Source: an uncultured Chromatiaceae bacterium (GTDB lineage Bacteria; Pseudomonadota; Gammaproteobacteria; Steroidobacterales; GCA-2729495). From it: 64,000 nt of DNA. The translations under genes were made by a program, and so were the position numbers. Positions 1-11,552 of the stretch are shown piece by piece. Under the pieces are notes generated by a model that saw nothing but the letters and a program-made list of their open reading frames with translations, had not been told where the DNA came from and searched no databases. The DNA lies in NCBI GenBank assembly GCA_964407855.1, contig CAYOXI010000003.1, forward strand, positions 839-64,838. Reading direction: 5' to 3'. Positions within the stretch are counted from its first letter, which is position 1. Every line of letters begins with the position of its first letter.

Positions 1-487
1 TGCCAACAGCAACAGCGGAAGACAGCTTGTGCCCCAGCTCAGGTTCTTTGGTGCCGGTGACGTGCCGACCTACAGCACATCAGCCATCTGGGAGGACGGT
101 GGCGCGGACACCGCCGACCTGAATGGCGTGATCTTCCCCGACTGCCCCTGGGTCGTGGCACCCGATGGCCGCTCGACGCTGATCAAGAGTGGCCTTCAGC
201 AATACTGGGGGCGCGGAGCGCTGGCGGCATCGCGCCTCTACGCCCTGGGCCATGATGCCTATCAGCTCGTGCCCGTGGTGCTCGGTCAGGCCTCTCCAGG
301 GCCGTTCAGCGCCGGCGATCTCCAGGGCGCCACGGGCATCCTGAACGCCGACAGCAGCGGTCGCATTTTCCGCCGCCTGGCCTTCGCCCAGATCCGGGAG
401 GGCCGGCCAGTCGCGCTCCCTGCCCCCGGCGCGCTCTTCGACACAGGTCCATCCATCCCGATCACCTCGCCTGACCAGCAGTTCTGA
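1..487 (+). CDS. lpoA: penicillin-binding protein activator LpoA, C-terminal fragment (gene continues upstream of the window)
   Basis: The frame is open from base 2, with no stop before the listed start at 29. The C-terminal sequence (LYALGHDAYQLVP, GATGILNADSSGRIFRRLAFAQI) looks LpoA-like. It sits in the canonical position directly upstream of yraN. Confidence 0.65.
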   Translation, partial: ANSNSGRQLVPQLRFFGAGDVPTYSTSAIWEDGGADTADLNGVIFPDCPWVVAPDGRSTLIKSGLQQYWGRGALAASRLYALGHDAYQLVPVVLGQASPGPFSAGDLQGATGILNADSSGRIFRRLAFAQIREGRPVALPAPGALFDTGPSIPITSPDQQF

Positions 488-499
488 AGCGCGCCCGCA

Positions 500-892
500 G
501 TGTCCGGGAAGCTTAGCGGTCACCTGGCGCGGGGCGCCGCGGCCGAGCAGCTCGCGGCCCGCCACCTCCAGTCCCGCGGGCTGCATCTCGTCACCACCAA
601 CTTTCGCGGCAAGCTGGGGGAACTCGACCTGGTGATGACCGAGGGTGAGGTGCTGGTGGTTGTCGAGGTGCGGTTTCTTGCCCGGATCACGCTGACATCG
701 CCGGCTGAAAGCGTGGGCCGTGAAAAGCAGCGCCGGATCGTGCGCACCACGCGGCTGTTCCTGCTGCAGTTTCCGCGCTATGCCGACTGGCCCATTCGCT
801 TTGACGTGGTGGATGTCACCGGGGACCTGAATGCACCACTGATCAGATGGCTGCCCGCGGCCTTCAACCTCGACGACATGGCCTCGCGCTGA
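500..892 (+). CDS. yraN: YraN family endonuclease-like protein (UPF0102)
   Basis: 130 aa with the typical YraN core (AEQLAARHLQSRGLHLVTTNFRGKLGELDLVM...VVVEVR). It follows lpoA as in other gammaproteobacteria. GTG start. Confidence 0.85.
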   Translation: MSGKLSGHLARGAAAEQLAARHLQSRGLHLVTTNFRGKLGELDLVMTEGEVLVVVEVRFLARITLTSPAESVGREKQRRIVRTTRLFLLQFPRYADWPIRFDVVDVTGDLNAPLIRWLPAAFNLDDMASR

Positions 893-914
893 TCAGCCGG
901 GCTGGCTGTCACGG

Positions 915-1337
915 CTACCGCACTACCTTGAGCGTCGGTCGTCCGGGCGGCGGGTCGGGTGGGGTCTCCGGACCGGAATCGGGCGTCACCCCGGAATATT
1001 CATCAGCAGGAAATACCAGCCCCTCGCCGCTCTCCCGGGCGTAGATTCCCAGGACCGCCGGCAGCGGTATTGAGAGACGGCGGGGCGTGCCGGAAAACCG
1101 GGCCTGGAAGGCCACCTGCTCGTTGCCGAGTTCGAGATTGCGGGTGGCGGAGTAGCTGACGTTGAGCACGATCCGTCCGTCTTTCACGTGCTCGGCCGGG
1201 ACAGCAACGCCCGGCAGACTGGCATCCACTACCAGGTGCGGGGTCTGGTCGTTGTCGGTCATCCACTGGTGTAGTGCCCGCAGCAGATAGGGCCGCTTGG
1301 GTGGCAGGGTGGGCAGCTGACTGGTGTCGCTGTTCAT
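915..1337 (-). CDS. sspB: ClpXP protease specificity-enhancing factor SspB
   Basis: N-terminus KRPYLLRALHQWMTDNDQTPHLVVDA and a Pro-rich acidic tail. Lies directly downstream of sspA. Confidence 0.9.
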   Translation of the reverse strand: MNSDTSQLPTLPPKRPYLLRALHQWMTDNDQTPHLVVDASLPGVAVPAEHVKDGRIVLNVSYSATRNLELGNEQVAFQARFSGTPRRLSIPLPAVLGIYARESGEGLVFPADEYSGVTPDSGPETPPDPPPGRPTLKVVR

Positions 1338-1347
1338 GGGCCCCGGC

Positions 1348-1950
1348 TCAGCGCCGCATCTCCCGTTCGGTGTCGGTCAGACTCTCCCGGAAGGTCCGGC
1401 GCAGAAACATGTCATCCATGTACTTGCGGATGGGCTGTGCCCCGCTGCCGTTGAGTTCGACACCGAGGACAGGCAGGCGCCAAAGCAGCGGCGTTATGCT
1501 GGCATCCACCAGCGTGAACTCATCACTGAGGAAGAAACGCCGGGCCGCAAACACCTCGCCACTGGAAACGAGGCTCTCCTGCAGGATCTTGCGGAACTGG
1601 TTTGCCTGCCGGCGGTCCGTGGCCCCGGCAATCTGCGCGGCCACCGTGTACCAGTCCCTCTCGATGCGAAAAAGGGCGAGCCGGACGTGGGCCCGGCTGA
1701 CGGGGTCGACGGGCATCAGCGGGGGATGGGGAAATCGCTCGTCGAGATACTCGATGATGACCCGGGAGTCGTAGAGGACCAGATCACGATCCACGAGCGT
1801 GGGAACGCTGTGGTAGGGGTTGAGGTCGAGCAGGTCCTCCGGCAGGGCGCCTCCCTCGACGTTGACGATGTCGATGCTGATGCCCTTCTCTGCCAGGACA
1901 ATCCGCGTCCGGTGACTGTAGAGGCAGCCGGGATCCGAATAGAGGGTCAT
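1348..1950 (-). CDS. sspA: stringent starvation protein A (GST-like)
   Basis: I place the start at the internal ATG (MTLYSDPGCLYSHRTRIVLAEKGI...), giving 200 aa. The upstream 64 codons of the track ORF are Arg/Gly-rich read-through. GST fold and sspA-sspB pairing downstream of petABC. Confidence 0.9.
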   Translation of the reverse strand: MTLYSDPGCLYSHRTRIVLAEKGISIDIVNVEGGALPEDLLDLNPYHSVPTLVDRDLVLYDSRVIIEYLDERFPHPPLMPVDPVSRAHVRLALFRIERDWYTVAAQIAGATDRRQANQFRKILQESLVSSGEVFAARRFFLSDEFTLVDASITPLLWRLPVLGVELNGSGAQPIRKYMDDMFLRRTFRESLTDTEREMRR

Positions 1951-2098
1951 TACTGACCGGCGGCCCGAACCAATGCCAAGACTGTTCCAGTCGTCCGTCA
2001 CCGCAGTACCCCTGCCCGTAGCGTCCGGGCCAACCTGACCTCTGTGTTTACCCCGCTCGCATCCCGGTCGCCGCGCAGAGCAACTCCAGGACAGGGAG

Positions 2099-2875
2099 TT
2101 ACCTGACGTCCCTCCAGATCTCCAGCTTGAGGAGATAGGCAAAGATTCCGAATACGATCAGGAACGCAATGACCAGAATGCCGAGACGCTGGCGCTTCAG
2201 CTGGATGGGTTCGGCAACGTAGTCGAGGAAGTTGACCGTATCCCGCACAAACTCGTCGAATTCCCCGCTGCTCAGGGCCCCCGGCGTAACCGGCTTGAAC
2301 CCCCGGAACACCGTCACCGTTGCTCCCCTCTGCTGCACGTCCTCAAAAACGGCGTCTTGCGTACCCTGCAGCTCCCAGAGCACGTTGGGCATGCTGGTCA
2401 TCGGCAACATCAGGTTGTTGACGCCATGGACCCGGGCCGGATCCTGGTAGAAGGAGCGCAGGAAGTTGTACACATAGTCCGCACCCCGGGCGCGGACGAT
2501 CAGGGAGAGGTCCGGCGGCATCAGGCCGAACCAGCGCTCGCCATTGGCCGGCCGCATGGCAACTTCCATGGTATCGGTAATCCGGGCACCCGAGAACATG
2601 AGGTTCTCGATGACCTGCTCTTCGGTCATGCCGAGATCGCGGGCCAGCTGGTTGTACCTGACGTACTGGGTGGAATGGCAGCCCGCGCAGTAGTTGACGA
2701 AGTTGCGGGCACCCCGCTGCAGCGAGGCCTGGTTGGCAACATCGTTGCCGGCCCGGTCGGTCAATGCTGGCGCACCGCCCGCAGCCAGCACGGCCCCTGC
2801 CGAGAAGAGTGCCACCGACCCGAAAAGGGCGAGCAGCGCGAAGTGAAAGCCGCGAATTACAGACTGCTGCTGCAT
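2099..2875 (-). CDS. petC: cytochrome c1 (ubiquinol-cytochrome c reductase)
   Basis: Signal peptide, CAGCHS haem-binding motif and a C-terminal TM anchor. I prefer the ATG at 2875 (MQQQSV...), 7 nt after the petB stop, over the TTG at 2905. Confidence 0.9.
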   Translation of the reverse strand: MQQQSVIRGFHFALLALFGSVALFSAGAVLAAGGAPALTDRAGNDVANQASLQRGARNFVNYCAGCHSTQYVRYNQLARDLGMTEEQVIENLMFSGARITDTMEVAMRPANGERWFGLMPPDLSLIVRARGADYVYNFLRSFYQDPARVHGVNNLMLPMTSMPNVLWELQGTQDAVFEDVQQRGATVTVFRGFKPVTPGALSSGEFDEFVRDTVNFLDYVAEPIQLKRQRLGILVIAFLIVFGIFAYLLKLEIWRDVR

Positions 2876-2882
2876 GACCAAC

Positions 2883-4157
2883 TCACTGGTGCCCGTGGTA
2901 GACAACGCGTTCGGGAACGGGTTTCGTTCTCTCCCTGGCCGTGTAAATGGGCATCAGGAGGAAAAAGGCAAAATAAATGATCGTAAAAAACCGGGCGGCA
3001 TAAACGAAAATCAACTCGGTCGCGGGCTGAAGGCCGAGGTAACCGAGTGCCACGAAGCTGATGGCAAACAGGGTAAGTGCCAGCTTGAACTCCCAGCCCC
3101 GGTAACGGATCGACTTCACCTTGCAGCGATCAAGCCACGGCAGCAGGAACATCACCACGATGGCGGCCAGCATCAGGAAGGCCCCCAGCCCCTTGCTCGG
3201 GACCGCCCGCAGGATGGCGTAGAAGGGTGTGAAGTACCAGACCGGGGCAATGTGCTCCGGTGTCTTCAGCGCGTTGGCCGGCTCGAAGTTGGCGTGCTCC
3301 AGGAAGTAGCCGCCCATCTCGGGGGCGAAGAACATGATGGCTGCGAAGACAATGGCAAAGACGATGATGACCACCAGATCCTTCGAGGTGTGGTACGGGT
3401 GGAAGGCGATACCGTCCAGCGGAATGCCATCCGGACCCTTCTTTTCCTTGATCTCGACACCATCCGGATTGAGCCCCCCGGTGGTATGCAGGGCGAGGAT
3501 GTGCACCACCACCAGCAGCAGCAGCGCCAGTGGCACCGCGATCACGTGCAGGGCGAAAAAGCGGTTGAGGGTGATATCCGAGATGAAGTAATCCCCCCGG
3601 ATCCATTCCATCAGCGCGTCGCCGACGACCGGTATGGCACCGAACAGGGACACGATCACCTGGGCACCCCAGTAGGACATCTGGCCCCAGGGCAGCAGGT
3701 AGCCCATGAAGGCTTCAGCCATCAGGGCAACGTAGATGAGCATGCCCACGATCCACAGCAGCTCCCGGGGCGCCTTGTATGAGCCATAGAGCAGGGCCCG
3801 GAACATGTGCAGGTAGACCACGATGAAGAACATCGAAGCCCCGGTGGAATGCATGTAGCGGATCAGCCAGCCCCACTCCACGTCCCGCATGATGTACTCG
3901 ACCGAGGCGAAGGCATCGTCTGCGGAGGGCTTGTAGTTCATTGTCAGGAAGATGCCCGTGATGATCTGGATGATCAGCACCACGAGCGCCAGCACGCCAA
4001 AGACGTACCAGAGATTGAGATTCTTGGAGGCGTAGTACTCGGTGACGTGCTCCTTCATCATCGCCGTAAGCGGGAAGCGCTCGTCTATCCAGGCAATGAA
4101 CCGTTCGCCCCGGCCCTCCGGGGGGCGCGATGGCGCGCCGCTGCGTGCTGCACTCAT
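2883..4157 (-). CDS. petB: cytochrome b (bc1 complex)
   Basis: Cytochrome b sequence (WYVFGVLAL..., [17 protein letters not shown]-like [12 protein letters not shown]). The ATG at 4157 overlaps the petA stop (ATGA). The upstream 47 codons of the track ORF are Arg/Pro/Gly-rich and not protein-like. Confidence 0.95.
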   Translation of the reverse strand: MSAARSGAPSRPPEGRGERFIAWIDERFPLTAMMKEHVTEYYASKNLNLWYVFGVLALVVLIIQIITGIFLTMNYKPSADDAFASVEYIMRDVEWGWLIRYMHSTGASMFFIVVYLHMFRALLYGSYKAPRELLWIVGMLIYVALMAEAFMGYLLPWGQMSYWGAQVIVSLFGAIPVVGDALMEWIRGDYFISDITLNRFFALHVIAVPLALLLLVVVHILALHTTGGLNPDGVEIKEKKGPDGIPLDGIAFHPYHTSKDLVVIIVFAIVFAAIMFFAPEMGGYFLEHANFEPANALKTPEHIAPVWYFTPFYAILRAVPSKGLGAFLMLAAIVVMFLLPWLDRCKVKSIRYRGWEFKLALTLFAISFVALGYLGLQPATELIFVYAARFFTIIYFAFFLLMPIYTARERTKPVPERVVYHGHQ

Positions 4158-4747
4158 GCGTTCGCCCCTCCATCCTCGCCAACGACCACCAGCTCGTCCC
4201 CGACGAAGCGGTGGGGAGGGACGGTCAGGTTGGTGGGGGCCGGCACGTTGGCGAAAACCCGCCCGGCCAGGTCGAACTTCGAGCCGTGGCAGGGGCAATA
4301 GAAGCCACCCACCCAGTCAGGGCCGAGGTCTGCCGGCGCCACTTCAAAGCGCTCCAGGGGCACGCAGCCCAGATGCGTGCAGGTGCTGATCAACACCAGG
4401 AACTCCGGCCGCTGGGCACGGACGGCATTCTTCGCGTAGACCGGCTGGATTGACGCGTCGGAGTCGGGGTCGCTGAGGTTGGCGGTCTGTGCCGCCAGCC
4501 GCTCCAGCATTACCTGGCTGCGCCGGAGTACCCAGACGGGCTGCCCGCGCCAGACCACGCGCACCACAGCGCCCTCGTCCAGCTTGCTGATGTCGATGGA
4601 CACCGGCGCACCCAGTGCCCGTGCCCGGCCGCTGGGCCGGAAAGAGGCCAGGAACGGTGCTGCGGTCAGCGCCAGCCCGACCACGCCGGTCACGGTGGTT
4701 GCTACCGCCAGAAAGTGCCGGCGACTGGAGGACGCCTCTTCGCTCAT
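4154..4747 (-). CDS. petA: ubiquinol-cytochrome c reductase Rieske iron-sulfur subunit
   Basis: Tat-type N-terminus (SRRHFL) and the Rieske motifs CTHLGC and CPCHGS. Confidence 0.95.
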   Translation of the reverse strand: MSEEASSSRRHFLAVATTVTGVVGLALTAAPFLASFRPSGRARALGAPVSIDISKLDEGAVVRVVWRGQPVWVLRRSQVMLERLAAQTANLSDPDSDASIQPVYAKNAVRAQRPEFLVLISTCTHLGCVPLERFEVAPADLGPDWVGGFYCPCHGSKFDLAGRVFANVPAPTNLTVPPHRFVGDELVVVGEDGGANA

Positions 4748-4823
4748 TGAGCTGTTCCTTTGGAAATTCCCTGACTGCTTCCTGCCCGGTCAGGATCCGG
4801 TTCAGACGCTGACGTTCGGATAA

Positions 4824-4848
4824 ACGCCCCGGCGCAGGGGCGGGGCGA
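4824..4848 (-). terminator. candidate terminator hairpin downstream of murA
   Basis: A 7-bp GC stem (cgccccg / cggggcg) with a 9-nt loop. On the minus strand it is followed by only a weak U-run (UUUAU). It lies about 60 nt after the murA stop. A TATAAT (minus strand, 4859-4864) sits just upstream, so its role is ambiguous. Confidence 0.3.
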
Positions 4849-4905
4849 AAGCCGCAAAATTATACATTGCCGTGGAATGACTTGCCTACCGTCAGCTCCG
4901 CCGGA

Positions 4906-6168
<1,263 letters not shown>

Positions 6169-6178
6169 TCAACCGGCC

Positions 6179-6421
6179 TCAGGGCTGCCGGTCACTCCAC
6201 TCGTCGGGCGTATAGGCCTGGATGGACAGGGCGTGGATCTCGCCGCCAATCCGGGCCCCCAGCGCTCCGTAGATCAGGCGGTGCCTCTGGAGGGTGCGCT
6301 TGCCGGCGAAAGACGGACTCACCACAACGGCATCGAAATGCACATTGTCCGTGCTGTTCACGGTCGCGGTGGTGTCCGGGAGGTGGCTGCGGATCAGGTC
6401 TTCAATCTCTCGCGGGGTCAT
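6179..6421 (-). CDS. ibaG: BolA family protein (IbaG/YrbA-like)
   Basis: Only the last 80 codons of the 563-aa track ORF look protein-like (MTPREIEDLIRSHLPD...HALSIQAYTPDEW). Size and position upstream of murA match ibaG. Confidence 0.8.
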   Translation of the reverse strand: MTPREIEDLIRSHLPDTTATVNSTDNVHFDAVVVSPSFAGKRTLQRHRLIYGALGARIGGEIHALSIQAYTPDEWSDRQP

Positions 6422-6482
6422 CGAACTGCCGGTGGGGTATCGGGTGAGGCGCGGGATTATAGATGACTTACAATCCCGGCCC

Positions 6483-7460
6483 ATGAGCATAAATCCGCGG
6501 GACTTCCAGGCCAGGGCACGACGGGTTCTGGAGATCGAGGCGGCCGCGGTGGCTGGCCTCGCAGCCCGCCTGGACAGCCGCTTCGACCAGGCCTGCGAGC
6601 TGTGCCTGGCCTGCCGCGGCCGGGTGGTGGTCACGGGCATGGGCAAGTCCGGCCATGTGGCCGGCAAGGTTGCCGCGACGCTGGCCAGCACCGGCACCCC
6701 CGCCTTCTTTGTCCACCCGGGAGAAGCGAGCCACGGGGACCTGGGCATGATTACCCGTACCGACCTCCTGATCGCGATCTCCAGTTCCGGGGAGACCGGT
6801 GAGATCGTGACGATCCTCCCGCTGCTGAAGCGTCTCGCGATCCCGCTGATCACACTCACCGGCAACCTGCGTTCGACCCTGGCCGAGGCGGCCACGGTCG
6901 CCCTGGACATTGGCGTAGCCGAGGAAGCCTGCCCGCTGAATCTTGCCCCGACGGCCAGTACCACGGCAGCCCTGGCCATGGGTGACGCGCTGGCCGTGGC
7001 GCTGCTCGAGAGCCGGGGCTTCACCCGGGAGGACTTCGCGCTCTCGCATCCGGGCGGCGTACTGGGCAGGCGCCTGCTGCTCCGGGTGGACGACGTCATG
7101 CACAAGGGCAGCAGCATTCCGCTCGTTGACCTGCAGACACCGCTCTCGGCAGGACTCATGGAAATGAGCCGCAAGGGACTTGGCATGACCGGCATCCTGG
7201 ATGGCAACCAGCGCCTTGCCGGGATCTTTACCGACGGGGACCTTCGTCGCGTCCTCGACCGGGGCATCGACGTGCATGCCACGCCGATCGCCGAAGTCAT
7301 GACGCCCAACTGCAGGACCATTGCCGCCGGTGTGCTCGCCGCCGAGGCCGTACATATGCTGGAGCAGTACAAGATCAACGCCCTCCTCGTCGTCGACGAT
7401 GAGCGGCGGGTGGTGGGTGCGCTGAACGTCCACGACCTGCTGCGCGCCGGCGTCATGTAG
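6483..7460 (+). CDS. kdsD: arabinose-5-phosphate isomerase KdsD (SIS + 2 CBS domains)
   Basis: Starts at the internal ATG (MSINPRDFQARARRVLEIE...). SIS motif VVVTGMGKSGHVAGK and a CBS pair at the C-terminus. Followed by kdsC. Confidence 0.93.
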   Translation: MSINPRDFQARARRVLEIEAAAVAGLAARLDSRFDQACELCLACRGRVVVTGMGKSGHVAGKVAATLASTGTPAFFVHPGEASHGDLGMITRTDLLIAISSSGETGEIVTILPLLKRLAIPLITLTGNLRSTLAEAATVALDIGVAEEACPLNLAPTASTTAALAMGDALAVALLESRGFTREDFALSHPGGVLGRRLLLRVDDVMHKGSSIPLVDLQTPLSAGLMEMSRKGLGMTGILDGNQRLAGIFTDGDLRRVLDRGIDVHATPIAEVMTPNCRTIAAGVLAAEAVHMLEQYKINALLVVDDERRVVGALNVHDLLRAGVM

Positions 7461-7465
7461 GGCCG

Positions 7466-7975
7466 GTGATGACGCCCGCCGAAATCCGGACTGTTGCCGC
7501 CGGCATCCGCGTGCTGGTCCTTGACGTCGATGGGGTACTCACGGATGGCCGCCTGCATTACGACGCGGATGGCCGGGAAACCAAGGCCTTCCACGTCCGC
7601 GACGGCTATGGAATCCAGCAGGCGCTGGCGGCCGGGATTGCTGTTGCGGTCATCTCGGGACGGCAGTCGGGTGCCGCCACGGCCCGGCTTGCCGAACTGC
7701 GGGTGCCGCACGTTTTCCTCGGCAGGAACGACAAGCAGGCCGCCCTCGCCGAGCTGCTGGCGATCCTCAGGGTGCCGGCCGGCTCGGTGGCCTGCGTGGG
7801 CGATGACCTGCCCGACCTCGAAATGATGTCCGGCGGCATTGGCCTGCGGATCGCGGTGGCGGACGCCCACCAGGATGTGGTGCGTCAGGCCGACTGGACC
7901 ACCAGTCTGCCGGGTGGCCTGGGCGCCGTACGCGAAGTCTGCGATCTGCTGGTAGCTGCCCGCCAGACCGGCTGA
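7466..7975 (+). CDS. kdsC: 3-deoxy-D-manno-octulosonate 8-phosphate phosphatase
   Basis: HAD motif LVLDVDGVLTDG, GDDLPD and conserved kdsD-kdsC-lptC order. Confidence 0.9.
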   Translation: MMTPAEIRTVAAGIRVLVLDVDGVLTDGRLHYDADGRETKAFHVRDGYGIQQALAAGIAVAVISGRQSGAATARLAELRVPHVFLGRNDKQAALAELLAILRVPAGSVACVGDDLPDLEMMSGGIGLRIAVADAHQDVVRQADWTTSLPGGLGAVREVCDLLVAARQTG

Positions 7976-7981
7976 GGACTG

Positions 7982-8578
7982 ATGCCAGCCACCGGCTCAC
8001 GCTTCCCCACGGTCCGGCATCCGGTCCGGCTCGCCCTGCTGGTCGGTGGTGCACTGGCGACGAGCCTGCTGGTCTTCCTGCGGCCCGCCGGCGAGCCGCA
8101 GCGCGAAACCGTCCCCCGTCCCGGCCTCGGGTATTACCTCAAGGACGCGACCCTGACAGGAACCGGGGAGGATGGCCGCATCCTGTACGCCGTCAGGGCA
8201 GCGGCGGCGGAGCAGATGCTGGCCGATGGAACGGTCACGCTGACGGACGTGAATGTGGACTATTCGCCGGGCGAGCAGGTGCCCTGGCGGCTCCGTGCGG
8301 ATGGCGGACAGATTCCGCCGGATCGTACTATCATCCTCCTGTCGGGCGACGTGGTGGCCACCACGGTTCCGCAGGCCGGAATGGCCGGCAACCCGGCACC
8401 GCTGACGATCCGCACCGACTATCTGGAGCTGGATCCCGAAGCCCATATTGCCCGCACCGAGCGGGCCGTAACGGTCGAGCGTAACCGGGACACGCTTAGC
8501 GCCAGGGGGATGCGTGTCTATCTCAAGCAGGATCGCCTCGAATTCTCCGCTGAGGTCCGTGGGCGATTCCTGCCCTGA
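7982..8578 (+). CDS. lptC: LPS export system protein LptC
   Basis: N-terminal membrane anchor, about 198 aa, located between kdsC and lptA. The call is mainly positional plus general sequence character. Confidence 0.8.
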   Translation: MPATGSRFPTVRHPVRLALLVGGALATSLLVFLRPAGEPQRETVPRPGLGYYLKDATLTGTGEDGRILYAVRAAAAEQMLADGTVTLTDVNVDYSPGEQVPWRLRADGGQIPPDRTIILLSGDVVATTVPQAGMAGNPAPLTIRTDYLELDPEAHIARTERAVTVERNRDTLSARGMRVYLKQDRLEFSAEVRGRFLP

Positions 8579-8582
8579 ACCG

Positions 8583-9245
8583 ATGATCGGCCGTCCGCCA
8601 GTCGCGGTCCTCCTGGCCATTGGCCTGCTGTCCTGCACGACCCTGGCGGCCCAGGCGCCCGAGCTGCCCCTGATCAACGAAGCCGACCGGGCGCTGCCGA
8701 TCGAGCTCGATGCCGCCTTCTCGGAACTCGACCGCCGCAACGACCGCCTCGTATTCCGCGACCTGCGCGTGGTCCAGGGAGGCCTCAGCATCACCGCAAA
8801 CGAGGCAAGCGCCAGTCCTGCCGACTTCAGCAACAGTGTCTGGACCTTCACGGGTTCTGTTGTCATTCGCAATGGCGCCACCGAGGCCCGTTGCGAGAGG
8901 GCGGAGCTGACCTTCAGCAACAACGAGCTGCGCAAGGCCGTGTTGTCGGGTAACCCGGCCCGGTTTGTCCAGAGCCGGGGACGAGGCACGACGCCGACCG
9001 AAGGCCGTGGCCGGACCCTGGAGTACGACCTGCGTGCCGGCACGATCCGCATGGTCAACGACGCCTTCCTGAGCGACGGGAGCAATGAAATCACCGGGTC
9101 GCTGATCAGCTATGACCTGGTGCGCGAAGTGGTCACGGCCGGGTCTGCCGACGGCGGTGATGTCCGGATGCGCATCACCCCCCGCCAGGATTCCACGCCC
9201 AAGCCCGACGGAGCATCCGGTGGCGGCGAGGTGCCCTCGCCTTGA
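8583..9245 (+). CDS. lptA: LPS transport periplasmic protein LptA
   Basis: Internal ATG gives a signal peptide ([25 protein letters not shown]). OstA-like repeats (ITANEASA..., [24 protein letters not shown]). Located upstream of lptB. Confidence 0.85.
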   Translation: MIGRPPVAVLLAIGLLSCTTLAAQAPELPLINEADRALPIELDAAFSELDRRNDRLVFRDLRVVQGGLSITANEASASPADFSNSVWTFTGSVVIRNGATEARCERAELTFSNNELRKAVLSGNPARFVQSRGRGTTPTEGRGRTLEYDLRAGTIRMVNDAFLSDGSNEITGSLISYDLVREVVTAGSADGGDVRMRITPRQDSTPKPDGASGGGEVPSP

Positions 9246-9967
9246 GCACGCTCCGGGCCGCTGACATCGAGAAGCGCTTCAGGTTGCGCCGGGTCGTAAA
9301 GGGCATCTCGCTCGAAATCTCGAGTGGGGAAATCGTCGGTTTGCTGGGCCCCAATGGCGCCGGCAAGACCACGGCGTTCTACATGATCGTCGGCCTGATC
9401 CCCTGCGACCGGGGCAGCATCACGCTCGACGGCCATGACCTGACGGGGATGCCCATGCACCGGAGGGCGAAAATGGGGCTTGGCTACCTGCCCCAGGAGG
9501 CATCGATATTCCGCAAGCTCTCCGTCGAAGACAACATCCTTGCCATTCTGGAAACCCGGGACGACCTGGACCGGGCCGGCAGGGAACGATTGCTCGAGGA
9601 ACTGCTGGACGAACTCCACGTCAGCCACGTCCGGGGGAGCCAGGGCATGAGCCTGTCCGGCGGCGAGAGGCGACGGGTCGAGATTGCCCGGGCGCTGGCG
9701 GCGGAACCCCGCTTCGTGCTGCTGGACGAGCCATTTGCCGGCGTGGACCCGATCTCGGTGCTGGACATCCAGCGGATTGTCCGGCATCTGGCCACCCGGG
9801 GTATCGGCGTGCTGATTACGGATCATAATGTGCGCGAGACACTGGGAATCTGCGAGCGCGCCTATATTCTCAACGATGGCCTGATGATTGCCGAAGGAAC
9901 GCCCAGGGCGATCCTGGACAATCAGCAGGTCCGGCAGGTTTATCTGGGCGAGGGATTCAGACTGTAG
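9242..9967 (+). CDS. lptB: LPS export ABC transporter ATP-binding protein LptB
   Basis: Walker [10 protein letters not shown], signature LSGGERRR and Walker B VLLDEPF. The TTG start overlaps the lptA stop. Confidence 0.95.
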   Translation: MSTLRAADIEKRFRLRRVVKGISLEISSGEIVGLLGPNGAGKTTAFYMIVGLIPCDRGSITLDGHDLTGMPMHRRAKMGLGYLPQEASIFRKLSVEDNILAILETRDDLDRAGRERLLEELLDELHVSHVRGSQGMSLSGGERRRVEIARALAAEPRFVLLDEPFAGVDPISVLDIQRIVRHLATRGIGVLITDHNVRETLGICERAYILNDGLMIAEGTPRAILDNQQVRQVYLGEGFRL

Positions 9968-10000
9968 CTTCCCGATGGTCTTGACGGCAGTTACTCAGGG

Positions 10001-11488
10001 ATGACGATGAAGCCGGCACTTCAACTCCGCATCAGCCAGCAACTGACCATGACGCCGCAGTTGCAGCAGGCGATCCGTCTGCTGCAACTGCCGGTTGCCG
10101 AGCTGAATACCCAGCTGGAGCAGTTGCTGACCGAGAACGTGATGCTTGAAGTCGAGGAACCGGCCTCGCAGTCAGCCGAACGCCCCGAGCTGATTGCACC
10201 CTCTCCCGCTGATCCCGCCCATGGCGGAACTCCGGATGACGAAACGCCGGCGGATACCTGGGATGATGGCGACTCGGACCTGGCAGCCGGCAGCGACCCG
10301 GGCCCGGATGAGTACCAGGACTCTTTGCTGTGGAACGAGACCTCCGGGCGGGGCGCCAGCTGGGATGGCGAAGACGGCCGTCCCGAACCCAGCGACCGTA
10401 CCGGCGAAACGCTGCACGCCCACCTCTTGTGGCAGCTGGAAACTGAGCACTTCAACCCGCGCGAGTTCCTGATCGGCCAGGCCCTGATCGACAGCATCAA
10501 CGACGCCGGCTACCTCACCGAGCCGCTGCCGGGCATTCTGGAAATACTCAATCGGGACGGCACTTTCACCCTCGAGGAGCTGGAGCAGACCCTGGCAAAG
10601 GTCCAGGCGCTGGATCCCTCCGGCGTGGCAGCGCGCAACCTGGGCGAGTGCGTCCGGATCCAGCTGCGACAGCTGGGCGGTGATCTCCCCGGGCTCCAGC
10701 TGGCACTGGCCATAACCATCGACGGCCTCGACCTGGTCGCCGACCAGCAGTTTGCGATGCTCCGCCGGCAACATGGCGTATCCGGGGAAGAACTGGACAC
10801 TGCCCTTGCGCTGATTCGCAACTGCCACCCGAAACCGGGCCTGGCGGTCCAGCCGGCTGCTGCCGACTACATCGTCCCGGACGTGTTCGTCCGGAAGCGC
10901 AATAACCGCTGGGTGGTGGAGGTCAACCGCTCCGTTACGCCCCGACTGAAAGTCAACCAGGCCTATGCCGATCTGGTCCGGGGCGACAGCGAACACACCA
11001 CGCTGCGTAACCAGCTCCAGGAAGCGCGCTGGCTGGTGCGCAGCCTCGAAATCCGCAATGACACCCTGCTCCGTGTTGCGCGGTGCATCGTGGATCGCCA
11101 GTCCGCCTTTCTGGACCAGGGAGAAGAGGCCATGCGGCCCATGGTGCTGCGCGATGTGGCCGAGACCGTGGAAATGCATGAGTCCACGATCTCCCGGGTC
11201 ACGGCCAACAAGTACATGCATACACCCCGGGGCGTATTCGAGTTCCGGCACTTCTTTTCCAGCCAGGTGACCGGCGACGACGGGAGCGAGCAGTCATCGA
11301 CGGCCATTCGCGCCCGCATCAAGCGCCTGATCGCCCAGGAAGACCCCCGGCGGCCGCTGTCGGACAGCCAGCTGGGCGAACTGCTGTCGAAGCAGGGTAT
11401 CCAGGTTGCGCGCCGGACAGTGGCAAAATACCGGGAAGCCATGCAGATACCCCCGTCCAGTGAACGCAAGCGCCGTCCGCCACGCTGA
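10001..11488 (+). CDS. rpoN: RNA polymerase sigma-54 factor
   Basis: Region I (LQLRISQQLTMTPQLQQAIRLLQLP), an acidic region II and the RpoN box ARRTVAKYR. Confidence 0.97.
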   Translation: MTMKPALQLRISQQLTMTPQLQQAIRLLQLPVAELNTQLEQLLTENVMLEVEEPASQSAERPELIAPSPADPAHGGTPDDETPADTWDDGDSDLAAGSDPGPDEYQDSLLWNETSGRGASWDGEDGRPEPSDRTGETLHAHLLWQLETEHFNPREFLIGQALIDSINDAGYLTEPLPGILEILNRDGTFTLEELEQTLAKVQALDPSGVAARNLGECVRIQLRQLGGDLPGLQLALAITIDGLDLVADQQFAMLRRQHGVSGEELDTALALIRNCHPKPGLAVQPAAADYIVPDVFVRKRNNRWVVEVNRSVTPRLKVNQAYADLVRGDSEHTTLRNQLQEARWLVRSLEIRNDTLLRVARCIVDRQSAFLDQGEEAMRPMVLRDVAETVEMHESTISRVTANKYMHTPRGVFEFRHFFSSQVTGDDGSEQSSTAIRARIKRLIAQEDPRRPLSDSQLGELLSKQGIQVARRTVAKYREAMQIPPSSERKRRPPR

Positions 11489-11552
11489 CCGGGCCCGGAC
11501 AAAGCCTGCCCCGGGGCCAGTTGCCGGGGCGCACAGAAAAAGGAGGCGCCGC

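Noticed and set aside
6179-7870. Very long N-terminal extensions in the track ORFs. Examples: the 563-aa ORF ending in the BolA-like protein, 31616-32818 (adk), 23034-24677 (metK), 47713-49065, 42737-45070 and 62031-63356.
   Set aside because: Only the C-terminal portions look like real proteins. The extensions overlap other well-supported genes or intergenic DNA and have skewed composition. I chose internal starts that match the known N-termini of the families.
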